From a virus: a stretch of 64,000 nucleotides of DNA. The number at the start of each line of letters is the position of its first letter. Within the stretch, counting starts at the first letter, position 1. The position numbers and the translations under genes are program-made. The notes beneath the pieces were generated by a model that did not search any database, was not told where the DNA came from, and was given only the letters and a program-made list of their open reading frames with translations. Location of the stretch: IMG/VR virus record IMGVR_UViG_3300031787_000064, positions 15,662-79,661 of that record. The stretch is one strand, 5' to 3'. This document shows, one piece after another, positions 29,332 through 39,483 of the stretch.

Positions 29332-30319
29332 TTAAAACTTTTCTAATGACTTCAATGTCTTCTATATTTTTTAGAAAAGGTTCTTTATCAATAAGCACCA
29401 TAGTCAGTTGACCTGTACTCTTTTTATCAGACTTTACAATCTCTAAAAGTCTATCTAAGTTAAACCAATCTCTTTCTAATTCTAGTTCACTGTCTTTTAT
29501 CAATTTGATTCCTTTGTCTAGAATGATCTCATAGTTGTGAACATCATAGCCAAGATACTTTGAAACTCTAGCCGCTATCATAGATCCTAATATAACAGCA
29601 AGTCCATGAGGTATCTTGTTGTTAGACGTAGTTTCTATTGCATGGCCAAATGTATGTCCATAATTTAGAAAGCGTCTTTCCTTTTTATCAAACTCATCTT
29701 TCTTTAAAATACTAATTTTATATGAAAGACCTTCATGAATCATTTCTAGTATATCTCTAGAAAGATTAAAGTTCTTAATGTCGTTTTGTAATATGCTAAA
29801 TTTATAAATCTCTCCTAAACCACTAATATAATCTTTTCTAGTGAGCGTATTTAGAAACTCTTTATTAATTAATATCTTAGTTGGTGGATAGAAAGTTCCT
29901 ACTAAATTCTTCTTACTACGTAGATTAATAGATGTTTTTCCTCCTACACAACTATCAGCTTGTGCCAAAAGAGTTGTTGGTATTAAAATGTATTCTATTC
30001 CTCTGGCATAAACAGATGCACAAAATCCTGCTAGGTCTTGTATTATACCTCCACCTATAACAATTAACTTGGTTTTTACATTAGCTCTTCTTTCAGATAG
30101 CTGGCTTAATAAGTCCTCAGCTCCTTCAAGAGTCTTTGCTTTCTCAGTTGCTTCTACTATTATACCACTATTTAATTCAGGATATAGGTTAGCGACATTA
30201 CTATCTACAATAGATACGGTATTAGGTTCTTTCATAAGATCCTGAATCACTTGCATCGTGTCTATGAATTCAATAGTATAACTATGAATTGAAGACTCTA
30301 TAGTTAATTTGCTGTGCAT
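29309..30319 (-). CDS. 3-dehydroquinate-synthase-like sugar-phosphate cyclase
   Basis: GGG..QD, PTTLLAQ.DS.VGGKT.IN, LNYGHTFGHAIE, PHG.AV. Confidence 0.85.
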   Translation of the reverse strand: MHSKLTIESSIHSYTIEFIDTMQVIQDLMKEPNTVSIVDSNVANLYPELNSGIIVEATEKAKTLEGAEDLLSQLSERRANVKTKLIVIGGGIIQDLAGFCASVYARGIEYILIPTTLLAQADSCVGGKTSINLRSKKNLVGTFYPPTKILINKEFLNTLTRKDYISGLGEIYKFSILQNDIKNFNLSRDILEMIHEGLSYKISILKKDEFDKKERRFLNYGHTFGHAIETTSNNKIPHGLAVILGSMIAARVSKYLGYDVHNYEIILDKGIKLIKDSELELERDWFNLDRLLEIVKSDKKSTGQLTMVLIDKEPFLKNIEDIEVIRKVLNETYESI

Positions 30320-30939
30320 GTATAACCTCCGTCTATTATAATGTTTTGTCCTGATATGAACGTATTCTCTATTGACATTTGGTATACTAGCTTAGCAACC
30401 TCTTCTGGTTTTCCAAGTCTTTTAGCCGGAACCTTCTTTACAAGTTCTTGTAGTTCTAATTCAGTATTATTCTGATACGTCAAATCTGTTCCTATAAAAC
30501 CTGGTGATATAGTATTGGCTAAAATCCCTTGGCTTGTATACTCTGCTGCTATTGCTTTAGTTAATGCGTGTAATGCATTTTTGCTTGCACTATAAGCAAG
30601 TCTATTAGGTTTTGCTATATTAATCCAAATGCTTCCTATGTTTACTATTCTACCGTATCCTTTTGATATCATATAAGGTAAACACTGTTGTACAATTTGC
30701 AGAGCAGAGTTATAATTAACCTGCATCACATCATTATCAGATATGTCTACAATACTTTTTAAAGGGTTAATACCTGCATTGTTAATAACAATATCGTACT
30801 CTATATCTTCTAATAGAACATCTGATCTCAAGTCTAATTGATCTCTCGTAGGACTAATCACATAATGACCATTACTTTTAAAGTATTCTGTGATTGCTTT
30901 ACCTATGCCTCTAGAACCTCCTGTGACTAATACTTTCAT
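30304..30939 (-). CDS. Short-chain dehydrogenase/reductase (FabG-like)
   Basis: TGGSRGIG, NNAG, YSASK, PG. Confidence 0.9.
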   Translation of the reverse strand: MKVLVTGGSRGIGKAITEYFKSNGHYVISPTRDQLDLRSDVLLEDIEYDIVINNAGINPLKSIVDISDNDVMQVNYNSALQIVQQCLPYMISKGYGRIVNIGSIWINIAKPNRLAYSASKNALHALTKAIAAEYTSQGILANTISPGFIGTDLTYQNNTELELQELVKKVPAKRLGKPEEVAKLVYQMSIENTFISGQNIIIDGGYTCTAN

Positions 30940-30941
30940 GA

Positions 30942-31652
30942 TTATTTAACAAATGTACTATTTCCAAATATTCTTACAATTTCACATTTAGAATTAGAAA
31001 TAGAAACTGGTATTTTATTATCTCCTATTAAGTATTCTTTAAGTGCACTTTCATAAAATATTTCATTGTAATTTTTCTTATACCAATAATCATCTATAAA
31101 ATAATAGTATTTTGTTTTTACATCCATGTAATTTTCTGGGCCTGCCATCCATATATCATATATACCATCAGGTCTTGAATTTGAACATAAAATATGATCT
31201 TTAGATAATTCTTCCACTTTAAATTTTTCTGTATAATTTATATCCATTCTAGTTGAAAAATATATATCATATTTTTTATAATTTCTTGCTATTTCAAAAA
31301 TCTTTCTGGATCCTTCAAGCATATTTTTAACTCCTAAATTTGCTCTAGAAAAATGATGGTCTTTAATATACTCTATTGGAACATTAGGATCTTTATCTTG
31401 TTCTATATATAATATCTTAGGATTATAGGATGCATGTATTCCAGATATGTCTGCTAGCTTTGAAGACTCTTCTAAATTTTTTCCAGTTAAATCATCCCAG
31501 CCATTCCAATAAGATCCTCTATTTGTATTAACTGTATTCCATGTATGAATAAAGATATCACCTGGTATTTGTGAATACACGTTATCAAAAAAATTTCTAT
31601 AACATGATTTCCATGATCTTGAATGCCCGTGAAATAAATAAGCAATTTCCAT
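30942..31652 (-). CDS. Hypothetical glycan-cluster protein (possible GT-A-like fold), very AT-rich
   Basis: IAYLFHGH.R...DIFIHTW...YD....R.D pattern. Confidence 0.55.
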   Translation of the reverse strand: MEIAYLFHGHSRSWKSCYRNFFDNVYSQIPGDIFIHTWNTVNTNRGSYWNGWDDLTGKNLEESSKLADISGIHASYNPKILYIEQDKDPNVPIEYIKDHHFSRANLGVKNMLEGSRKIFEIARNYKKYDIYFSTRMDINYTEKFKVEELSKDHILCSNSRPDGIYDIWMAGPENYMDVKTKYYYFIDDYWYKKNYNEIFYESALKEYLIGDNKIPVSISNSKCEIVRIFGNSTFVK

Positions 31653-31655
31653 TAT

Positions 31656-32456
31656 TTAAATTGTATTTATTGATTGATTAATTCTATCTTGAATCATTTT
31701 AATTCTAGATAAATCATAGTTGGCATTCATATTATAATACTCGTGTTTACTCATTAACCATTCGTATTCAAACATCTGCGCTTTTGATAATGCTCTAGAT
31801 AAATTTTTAAGACTTATAGATGGATCAAATATAGCATATCTAGTTTCAAACTTATCTAACAACCCTTCCGAATTAAGCTTCTTAAGAAAGTTGAGTGAGT
31901 CTACTGATACTGCGCCTCCTAAACAGGCTTTTAATCCCTTCTCTTTTACTTTACTAAATACAGATTTTGTCATTTTAAATATTTCGTCACTATTAACATA
32001 GGATCTATCTTTTCCCATTGAAGAAACTAGATCTACTCTACCAACTGTAATAGCATATAAGCTGTCTGCTTCTTTTATTGAAAGTATAGAATCTATATTG
32101 GATACCGCTTGTTGGGTTTCTATATTAACTAAAAGCTGTAATGATGATACTACGTCTTCTGGAAGGGTTTTGTTTATAGAGTCTATAAACTTTTTTAATC
32201 CAAATGCTGATTCTACCATCGGAGCCACTACTCCTTTAACTCCTATGATAGATAAGTCTTTCATATCTCTTATTGCTTCAGGGCCACCAATCTTTAAATT
32301 AAGTTTTACTTTAGATTGATTACAAACTTCTTTTAATCTAATTGTCTCATTAAAAGTTGCTCCTTCATCTTCAAAGCTTGTTTTTATTCCTATAAGCCCG
32401 TCATTCTCTACCAAGTCGGTTAATATCTTTGAACACTTAAATTCTCTTATATTCAT
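31656..32456 (-). CDS. HpcH/HpaI aldolase / citrate-lyase-like protein
   Basis: KIGGPEA..D, VVAPMVES, NIET, VGRVDL..S. Confidence 0.8.
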   Translation of the reverse strand: MNIREFKCSKILTDLVENDGLIGIKTSFEDEGATFNETIRLKEVCNQSKVKLNLKIGGPEAIRDMKDLSIIGVKGVVAPMVESAFGLKKFIDSINKTLPEDVVSSLQLLVNIETQQAVSNIDSILSIKEADSLYAITVGRVDLVSSMGKDRSYVNSDEIFKMTKSVFSKVKEKGLKACLGGAVSVDSLNFLKKLNSEGLLDKFETRYAIFDPSISLKNLSRALSKAQMFEYEWLMSKHEYYNMNANYDLSRIKMIQDRINQSINTI

Positions 32457-32480
32457 ACTATTTGTTTTTATTTTTTTAAT

Positions 32481-33443
32481 TTACCAAATAAATTTATACT
32501 TATAATATTCTACGATAGCTTCAATCTCTTTACTAAATACTCTATTAGGTTCCCAACCTAAAGATCTAAGTTTAGAATCATCTAAAGCATATCTAATGTC
32601 TTGACCAGGTCTACTGATAGAAAAATCAATAAAGTCTTCAGGTATTATTGACTCTTCTTTAAAATAAGACTTAACTATAGATTCTACAGTATCTATGTTT
32701 CTTTGTTCAAATCCACCGGCTACATTGTATATTTCTCCAATAGATCCTTTTTCAATTATAGTCATAACGGCTTCTGCTGTATCTGCTGCGTGTAACCAAT
32801 TACGATACGGCATTCCATTGTCGTGTAGTGGTATCTTCTTGCCTATTCTTAAATGCTTAACAGATTTAGGAATTAGCTTCTCTACATATTGACCTATCCC
32901 ATAATTGTTTGTAGGTCTTATAATCATATAAGGAACTTTATGAGTTCTACCCCAAGCCATGACTAACATATCAGCGGCAGCTTTGGTTGCGGAGTAAGGA
33001 TTGGATGGTTTTAGTATATCCTTTTCTGTATGATCTCCTGATTCGATATCTCCATATACTTCGTCTGTACTAAAATGGATTAGAACAGGCTTCTCTGTAT
33101 TCTCTCCTCTGTGATTCTTAATTAGTTCTAATAGGTTGTGAACACCGTCTACATTTGATTTAACAAACTCTTTACTACTAACTATACTATTACCTACGTG
33201 CGTTTCAGCGGCAGTATTAATTACATAATCACAATCATATAAGAACTGAACGTCGTTAATGTCTTGTCTTTCAAATGTGAATCTATCTCCGTATTTTTCT
33301 GTAAACTCAAATAATAGATCTTCATTAGAAGCGTAAGTACATTTATCTATTCCTCTAACATACCAACCCTTTTCTAAACAAGCTCGAGTTACGTAAGATC
33401 CTATAAACCCAAAGCATCCTGTAACGTAAACAACTTTTATCAT
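32481..33443 (-). CDS. rmlB: dTDP-glucose 4,6-dehydratase-like
   Basis: TG..GFIG, AAETHV, STDEVYG, PSNPYSATKA, EKLIP, RPGQD.RY. Confidence 0.85.
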   Translation of the reverse strand: MIKVVYVTGCFGFIGSYVTRACLEKGWYVRGIDKCTYASNEDLLFEFTEKYGDRFTFERQDINDVQFLYDCDYVINTAAETHVGNSIVSSKEFVKSNVDGVHNLLELIKNHRGENTEKPVLIHFSTDEVYGDIESGDHTEKDILKPSNPYSATKAAADMLVMAWGRTHKVPYMIIRPTNNYGIGQYVEKLIPKSVKHLRIGKKIPLHDNGMPYRNWLHAADTAEAVMTIIEKGSIGEIYNVAGGFEQRNIDTVESIVKSYFKEESIIPEDFIDFSISRPGQDIRYALDDSKLRSLGWEPNRVFSKEIEAIVEYYKYKFIW

Positions 33444-34294
33444 TTGTCTATTTTTTTATAATGTGATACTAATTTTTTTACTACTTCTTCTATACTATAT
33501 TTAGTTTTAAAACCATAAGAGTTTAACTTGGCTACGTCTAAATATGAATGTTCTACCTGTACAATTTTATGAAAAAAAGGTATACTTATTTCAACGATCT
33601 TAGAAGTGGAGCTAGATTCTTTCATTGCTATGTCTACAACATCAGCTAATTTACTTGGCTTACCACTTCCTATATTGATTATCTCGTTTACGGGTGCATT
33701 ATCTAAACAACACATTATTGCACTACAAACATCATCTACATAAATATAGTCTCTTAATGCCGTTCCTCCGTTGTATAGATTAACATCTTCACCTTTAACA
33801 GCTTGCCTGATCAGGTGTTGCGCAGCATTTTTCTTTTTAGATATCTTATTGTCTCCTTCTCCAAGTACATTGGCCAGTCTAAAGATTCTATACTTAATAT
33901 CAAATGTTTCACAAAAGCTTATTAGCATTTGCTCAGCGCATCTTTTTGTAATTGAATAAAACCCCGTAGGATTACAAATAGACTTCTCTTCATTGAATGG
34001 CACTACTTCATTTTTACCATAGACAAACCAAGAACTTACAAAGTTAAATACAAAATCTTTATTGTTCCTGTCTATATTATCTAACACATTCATTAAGACA
34101 GTTAGATTAGTATCAATGTCCTTATGTAGATCTACGTGTACGTTGTAGTTGTCAATAGTACTAATTAAATACAATACCTGATTTGACTTAGGTACGTAGT
34201 CCTCTCTTTCAAGCTTAATTACTTGGTCTGGATACATTTCACAGAATCTTCCTCCTATGAATCCACTAGCTCCAAATACAGATATATTATTCAT
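33440..34294 (-). CDS. NAD-dependent epimerase/dehydratase
   Basis: GASGFIG, YSITK, RDYIYVDD. Confidence 0.85.
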   Translation of the reverse strand: MNNISVFGASGFIGGRFCEMYPDQVIKLEREDYVPKSNQVLYLISTIDNYNVHVDLHKDIDTNLTVLMNVLDNIDRNNKDFVFNFVSSWFVYGKNEVVPFNEEKSICNPTGFYSITKRCAEQMLISFCETFDIKYRIFRLANVLGEGDNKISKKKNAAQHLIRQAVKGEDVNLYNGGTALRDYIYVDDVCSAIMCCLDNAPVNEIINIGSGKPSKLADVVDIAMKESSSTSKIVEISIPFFHKIVQVEHSYLDVAKLNSYGFKTKYSIEEVVKKLVSHYKKIDK

Positions 34295-35072
34295 CTAATA
34301 TTACTTTTTGAAATTTAGATATGTTATGTTTATTATTTCTAACAAATTGTTCGTAAGGGTATTGTTGATAATCGTCTAAAACTTTTACCAATGGAACAGG
34401 TGACATACCTCTTATTCCACTAGGATCTTGTTTATATTTGAAGCCAGCAAACTCTCTATTGAATCTAGGTTTATTATCTATATGCGTTTCTATGTTATCG
34501 TTTCTTAGTTCATAAGAAGCTTTATTATACAATCCTGGTATTTCTATGTCTGGCATTCTTTGTCCAAACATTTCAATATATCTATGAACTATATCTCCGT
34601 CTTCTTCTCCAAAACCACAAAGTCTTTCATCAAAGTATCCTAATTTATGCATGATACTCTTTGTTAGAACAAAATGAGAAAATTGGTTATTGATAGTAAA
34701 GAATTGACTTTCTGTATTTTTAATAAAAGATTCTACAATAGGAAGTGTTTTAGGATTATCGTAAACCACATCGTCGCAGATCATGAAAATATATTCAGTT
34801 TTACTAAATATGATCAACGTATTCCATAGTTTGCACAAACTCTTAAACTCTGGGCATATGATAGGATATATGCTTTTATACTGCTTAGATAGATCTAGCA
34901 TCTCTTGCCTATATTCTTCTGGCATCTCCTCTTCATTATTTCCATTCACTGCTATCATAATATCAACCGTATCTGGGACGTGTTGCCTGATTTGGTGCAC
35001 TAGTTGCTTAACTAGCTCTGCTCTTTGCTTAAATGTGACTATTGCTATTGTTATATTAGTATTCACTTTCAA
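34287..35072 (-). CDS. Glycosyltransferase family 2
   Basis: ICDD, LGYFDERL...EEDGD. Confidence 0.75.
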   Translation of the reverse strand: MKVNTNITIAIVTFKQRAELVKQLVHQIRQHVPDTVDIMIAVNGNNEEEMPEEYRQEMLDLSKQYKSIYPIICPEFKSLCKLWNTLIIFSKTEYIFMICDDVVYDNPKTLPIVESFIKNTESQFFTINNQFSHFVLTKSIMHKLGYFDERLCGFGEEDGDIVHRYIEMFGQRMPDIEIPGLYNKASYELRNDNIETHIDNKPRFNREFAGFKYKQDPSGIRGMSPVPLVKVLDDYQQYPYEQFVRNNKHNISKFQKVILDE

Positions 35073-36630
35073 ATGCTTTATATAGTTTAACCTTTTGTTG
35101 CTCTAATTTATCTTCAGACTCTTTACTAACTGTATTAGGATGGTCTAAATATATAGCCAAGACTTCTGGTATCAGTTTAAACTTAGCTCCAGCTTTAGCA
35201 AACCTTGCCCACATTTCCCAGTCTCCAATGATACTATATTCTTCTTGATTAAAATAACCTGCCTTGTCATGTAACTCTTTCTTCCATACAGGATCTGGTC
35301 CTATCAGACAAGCTACTTTATAATGATTCTCATAGTTATCTGGAAACTGCAAAATGTTTTTCTTACTGAGATCTAGATTGTTGAAGTTTTCATTTGGATC
35401 AATAGTAGCTGCGTAATAGTTATAAGCTACATCAAAGTCGTTGTTCTCAAGAAGATCATATTTTATTTTGGTATTGATAGGATGCCTTAAGTCGTCTACA
35501 TTCCAATTAGTAAGGTATTTAGTGGTAGCTGCTTTAACTCCTAGATTCCACGCATGATACATTCCGGCTTTCTTATCTTCTTGTATTAATTTAAAGTTAG
35601 GATATTTTTTAAACACATCAAATTGATCAGACCATTCTGAGTAAACTATAATGTGCTCTGTTTCTAAAAAGAAGTGTTGTTCAATTGCATTATTAAAGTA
35701 TCTTAGAATATAATCTGAGTATCTGTTCAGAGGTCCTATTGCTGTTATTACACTGAGTTTGTAAGGGTTTAGGTTTACTGTCGCTTCATTGTTCATACTC
35801 ATGAAGTCATAACCCCAGTTACCTAGGTTTGGTATGTTGTGCTTTTCTGTTTTACTTTTAATGTAGTCTAACTTGTAGTTATTTAACTGGGCAGTTTTAG
35901 ATATAGTATAAGGAGATATTTTTAATGGAATAAAAGTATATTCTTCTTCCCATTTAAAATCATTGACTGACTCATCATAGGCCTTATTTCCTACTATCTG
36001 CACATTGTGCACAAGATTGTTAACATAGTCATAAACTTTCCAATAGTATTGTTTGATAGCTACATGGGTTTTATCTAACCATTGAAGGTGTGCTATAAAC
36101 AAACTTTCCGGGTCTAAAGCTTTTTGATTCTTAGGCATTGGTAAATGAGTAGAGTGGTTTTGTTTCTCTTCAAATTTACAAGCTTCACTATAACAACCTA
36201 TACGATCTTTAAAATTATTCTTCCAAGGTCCATCTACTCTTAGAGTATTGCAAGATGTATATTGTTTCCACTGCAAATGAAACACTGTATCTGGGTTGTC
36301 ATCTAGGAACTGTTCTAATTGTTGTTTAGACATTTGACCATCCAGATATTCGTCTGAATCTAAACAGATAATCTTGTTTGAATATTTGTATGCTGTATCA
36401 AATAATCTTTGTCTTATATTAGTTTCTATGATAAGACTACCATCTTCACCAGTATTAGTTATGATCTCTAGTATGTTGTATGTTTCTTTTACTTCGTTCA
36501 AATACTCAAAGCTACCATCATTGCATCTGTCCAACATAAAAACAAATCCATCAGTATGTTGGCTCCAAATAGGAAGTAACTCTTTAATTAGAGCTAGTTC
36601 ATTTCTGGCCATTGTTATTTGTACAATCAT
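35056..36630 (-). CDS. Two-domain glycosyltransferase family 2
   Basis: N-terminal RNE...D...DGS...LDSDE; C-terminal AWNLGV...WNVDD...GDWEMW. Confidence 0.8.
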   Translation of the reverse strand: MIVQITMARNELALIKELLPIWSQHTDGFVFMLDRCNDGSFEYLNEVKETYNILEIITNTGEDGSLIIETNIRQRLFDTAYKYSNKIICLDSDEYLDGQMSKQQLEQFLDDNPDTVFHLQWKQYTSCNTLRVDGPWKNNFKDRIGCYSEACKFEEKQNHSTHLPMPKNQKALDPESLFIAHLQWLDKTHVAIKQYYWKVYDYVNNLVHNVQIVGNKAYDESVNDFKWEEEYTFIPLKISPYTISKTAQLNNYKLDYIKSKTEKHNIPNLGNWGYDFMSMNNEATVNLNPYKLSVITAIGPLNRYSDYILRYFNNAIEQHFFLETEHIIVYSEWSDQFDVFKKYPNFKLIQEDKKAGMYHAWNLGVKAATTKYLTNWNVDDLRHPINTKIKYDLLENNDFDVAYNYYAATIDPNENFNNLDLSKKNILQFPDNYENHYKVACLIGPDPVWKKELHDKAGYFNQEEYSIIGDWEMWARFAKAGAKFKLIPEVLAIYLDHPNTVSKESEDKLEQQKVKLYKAFESEY

Positions 36631-37613
36631 TTTGAAAGTAGTTTAAACATTCTATGTTTCCAATCGTCTACTGAATAAAATAGTTGGTAGTTCTTTTTAG
36701 CTTGATAAGAACACTCTTCATAGAACAGTTTATCTTCTTTAAGTTGTTTAGCCAGTTCAACTGCTCTTTGTACATCATTAACATCTACAGACAAATTAGA
36801 GTGGCAAAGCTTTTGAGTATCTACTTCACGGTTACCGATACAAGGAATTCCTAGATAAGCGCAGTTAAGTGCAAATGTGCCTGCTGCAATGGTAGGCATC
36901 ATATGAACTGCATACTTGAATGTAGATAGATTCTTCATCCAATCTAACCATGACATTCTAGGTAGGTGGTTAATGCCTCCTATTAGATTCTCATTCTCTC
37001 TTTTAGCGTGACTATCTTGAACAAATATAGGATTGTTAAACTCTGAGGCCACTATATAACTTTCGAATCCTCCATACCATCTTGCCATGTTTCCTCCAAT
37101 GATAGTCTTGTCTTCTTTGTTTGGAGTAATGTCTTTGATCAAGTCGTGGATCATTAGAGTATGTATGGCGTTCACAGGTTTGTTTTGGAACATTCCTTTG
37201 TAATATACAGTATCATGTTCATTGTGACAGAAGATCGAATCACACGCGGCTATCATGTTATAGTAATAGACCTGGTCATATATCTCATAATCATTCCACA
37301 ACCAATGTGGACCTTCTTGAATAAAGTGTATTTTCTTGTTGTTCTTTTTTAAAGTATCTATAAAATTACTTCGAAGAATACCAGATGTAGGATTTTGTTC
37401 ATCACTTAATTTAGTTCCTATTGAGTTAAGGTAGACCGCTCCTTTAGGAAAAATAATGAATACATGATCATAATCATTTATTTTATTAAAAAGAGTTATG
37501 TTGAAGTGGTCTGCGTCTAGCGCATACATCCATGCAAACTCTGTCCTCATATTAGGATATGTAGGAAGTGTTTTTCCATTGAATGGTAATTCTGTTAAAA
37601 ATGCTATTTTCAT
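36627..37613 (-). CDS. Putative GT-B glycosyltransferase
   Basis: C-terminal GTFALNCAYLGIPCIG resembles the GT4 'EA.A.G.P.I' region; cluster context. Confidence 0.6.
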   Translation of the reverse strand: MKIAFLTELPFNGKTLPTYPNMRTEFAWMYALDADHFNITLFNKINDYDHVFIIFPKGAVYLNSIGTKLSDEQNPTSGILRSNFIDTLKKNNKKIHFIQEGPHWLWNDYEIYDQVYYYNMIAACDSIFCHNEHDTVYYKGMFQNKPVNAIHTLMIHDLIKDITPNKEDKTIIGGNMARWYGGFESYIVASEFNNPIFVQDSHAKRENENLIGGINHLPRMSWLDWMKNLSTFKYAVHMMPTIAAGTFALNCAYLGIPCIGNREVDTQKLCHSNLSVDVNDVQRAVELAKQLKEDKLFYEECSYQAKKNYQLFYSVDDWKHRMFKLLSK

Positions 37614-38584
37614 TTATATTCGTTTTTCCAGTATTCAATCATTTCGTCTAGCATAGTTTCGAAAGTATATTTAGGCTGCCAACCAGTAACTTGCTTTAAC
37701 TTAGTGCAATCGCCTTTCAATACATCTAGCTCTTCTGGTCTAAGATACTTCTGATCTTGCTTTACCCACTGTCTCCAGTTTAAACCAAGTTTATCAAACA
37801 CATACTCACACAACTCTCTTACAGTGTGTGATATACCAGTTGAACAAACAAAGTCATCTGATTTATCTTGCTGAAGTATTAACCACATTGCTTCAACAAA
37901 ATCTTTGGCATGACCCCAATCTCTTGAAGCATCTAAGTTACCAAGTCTTAACTCATTAGACAGACCATAGTATATCTTTACAGCTTCTTTAACAACTTTG
38001 TTAGTTACGAAGTTAGTACCACGCCTTGGTGATTCATGATTGAAAAGTATACCATTTGAAACAAATAAATTATAAGAATGTCTGTAGTTCCTTGAAATAT
38101 TATAACCAAATACTTTAGCACAACCATAAGGAGATACTGGATTCAAAGGAGTTGTTTCTCTTTGGAACCCATCTTCATCTATTGAATTACCAAACATTTC
38201 TGATGAAGACGCTTGATACACCTTTGTGGTTGGGCAAACTTCTTTTACTACCTCTAATAGATTCAATACTCCAATACCTGTTGCATTAGCTGTGTATATA
38301 GGTTGATCAAATGATATTCTAACGTGTGATTGTGCAGCTAGATTATAGATCTCATTAGGCTTTACTTTGTTAATCACTCTATAAAGAGAAGAAATGTCTG
38401 TCATATCAGCGTAGTCCAGATTGTCTCTTATGCTTTGGAATATATCATTAAGTCTTGCTGTTTGGTTCTCTGATACAGAGTTTCTCTTGAGTATACCATG
38501 AACTTCATAACCTTTATCTAATAAGAAACTGGTTAAATAAGATCCATCTTGGCCATTGATACCTGTAATTAAAGCCTTTTTCAT
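37610..38584 (-). CDS. gmd: GDP-mannose 4,6-dehydratase
   Basis: ITGINGQDGSYL, LAAQSHV, YQASSSEMFG, FNHESPRRG, RDWGHAKD. Confidence 0.95.
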   Translation of the reverse strand: MKKALITGINGQDGSYLTSFLLDKGYEVHGILKRNSVSENQTARLNDIFQSIRDNLDYADMTDISSLYRVINKVKPNEIYNLAAQSHVRISFDQPIYTANATGIGVLNLLEVVKEVCPTTKVYQASSSEMFGNSIDEDGFQRETTPLNPVSPYGCAKVFGYNISRNYRHSYNLFVSNGILFNHESPRRGTNFVTNKVVKEAVKIYYGLSNELRLGNLDASRDWGHAKDFVEAMWLILQQDKSDDFVCSTGISHTVRELCEYVFDKLGLNWRQWVKQDQKYLRPEELDVLKGDCTKLKQVTGWQPKYTFETMLDEMIEYWKNEYK

Positions 38585-39483
38585 TTCCTTATTGTCTCGT
38601 AGTTTTCATTGAACCAATCAATTGTTTCTTTTAATCCTATCTCAAGTGGAATAAAATTATAATTGCCTATGATATCTATAAGTCTTTGATTAGAAGACGG
38701 CTTTCTAAACTGTCCATCTGGTTTATCTGTAAGCCATTTGACTTCACCTTTAAATTCCATGTACTGAACAATCAGATCAACCACTTCTTTAATAGAGTAT
38801 TCTTTTGGATTAGAGATTATAACAGGATCAGTTCCATCATAATTTTCTAGTAGTAGATCAATTATGTTTGCTACATCTTCTGAGAAGACAAACTCTCTTA
38901 AAGGTTTACCAGATCCCCATACTTCAAAAGCTGTATTATTCTTTTTAGCTAGATAGCATTTATGAATAAGCATTGGAATAACGTGACCATTCTCAAGGTC
39001 AAAGTTATCATTAGGACCATAAATGTTTGTTGGTATTACACAGAAGTATTTTGTGCCGTATTGTTTATTGTATGCTTGTATTTGAACGTCTGCCATTCTC
39101 TTTGCATATGCGTATGGTGCATTAGAGAAGTGAGGTTCACCTTTATGTATCTTAGTTTCATCTAATGGATATTCTACATTGTCTGGAAATACACACGTAG
39201 ATAGAAAACAAACAAGCTTCTTAACTCCAAATATGTAGGCTTCATTTATAACATTTGTATTCATCATAATGTTGTTATAAAAGAAGTCAGCGGGATAATT
39301 CATATTAGCCCCAACACCACCTACTGTAGCAGCTGTATGGACCACTACACCTGGCTTATGATCCATAAACATCTTTCTAGTTTGCACTTCTGATATTAGG
39401 TTGTAGTGCTTAGAAGATAATTTAGTGCCATCTTTAAAAGCAGAACCAACCAAACCAGTTCCTCCAGTTATGATCTTCTTCAT
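38581..39483 (-). CDS. fcl: GDP-L-fucose synthase
   Basis: AA.VGG..AN, YAYAKR, PTNIYGPNDNF, HVIP, WGSG.P.REF, KPDGQ. Confidence 0.9.
   Translation of the reverse strand: MKKIITGGTGLVGSAFKDGTKLSSKHYNLISEVQTRKMFMDHKPGVVVHTAATVGGVGANMNYPADFFYNNIMMNTNVINEAYIFGVKKLVCFLSTCVFPDNVEYPLDETKIHKGEPHFSNAPYAYAKRMADVQIQAYNKQYGTKYFCVIPTNIYGPNDNFDLENGHVIPMLIHKCYLAKKNNTAFEVWGSGKPLREFVFSEDVANIIDLLLENYDGTDPVIISNPKEYSIKEVVDLIVQYMEFKGEVKWLTDKPDGQFRKPSSNQRLIDIIGNYNFIPLEIGLKETIDWFNENYETIRK

Noticed and set aside
27595-30319. ilvB/aroB as amino-acid biosynthesis auxiliary genes
   Set aside because: Embedded in a nucleotide-sugar cluster with no other ilv or aro genes; a glycan role is more parsimonious
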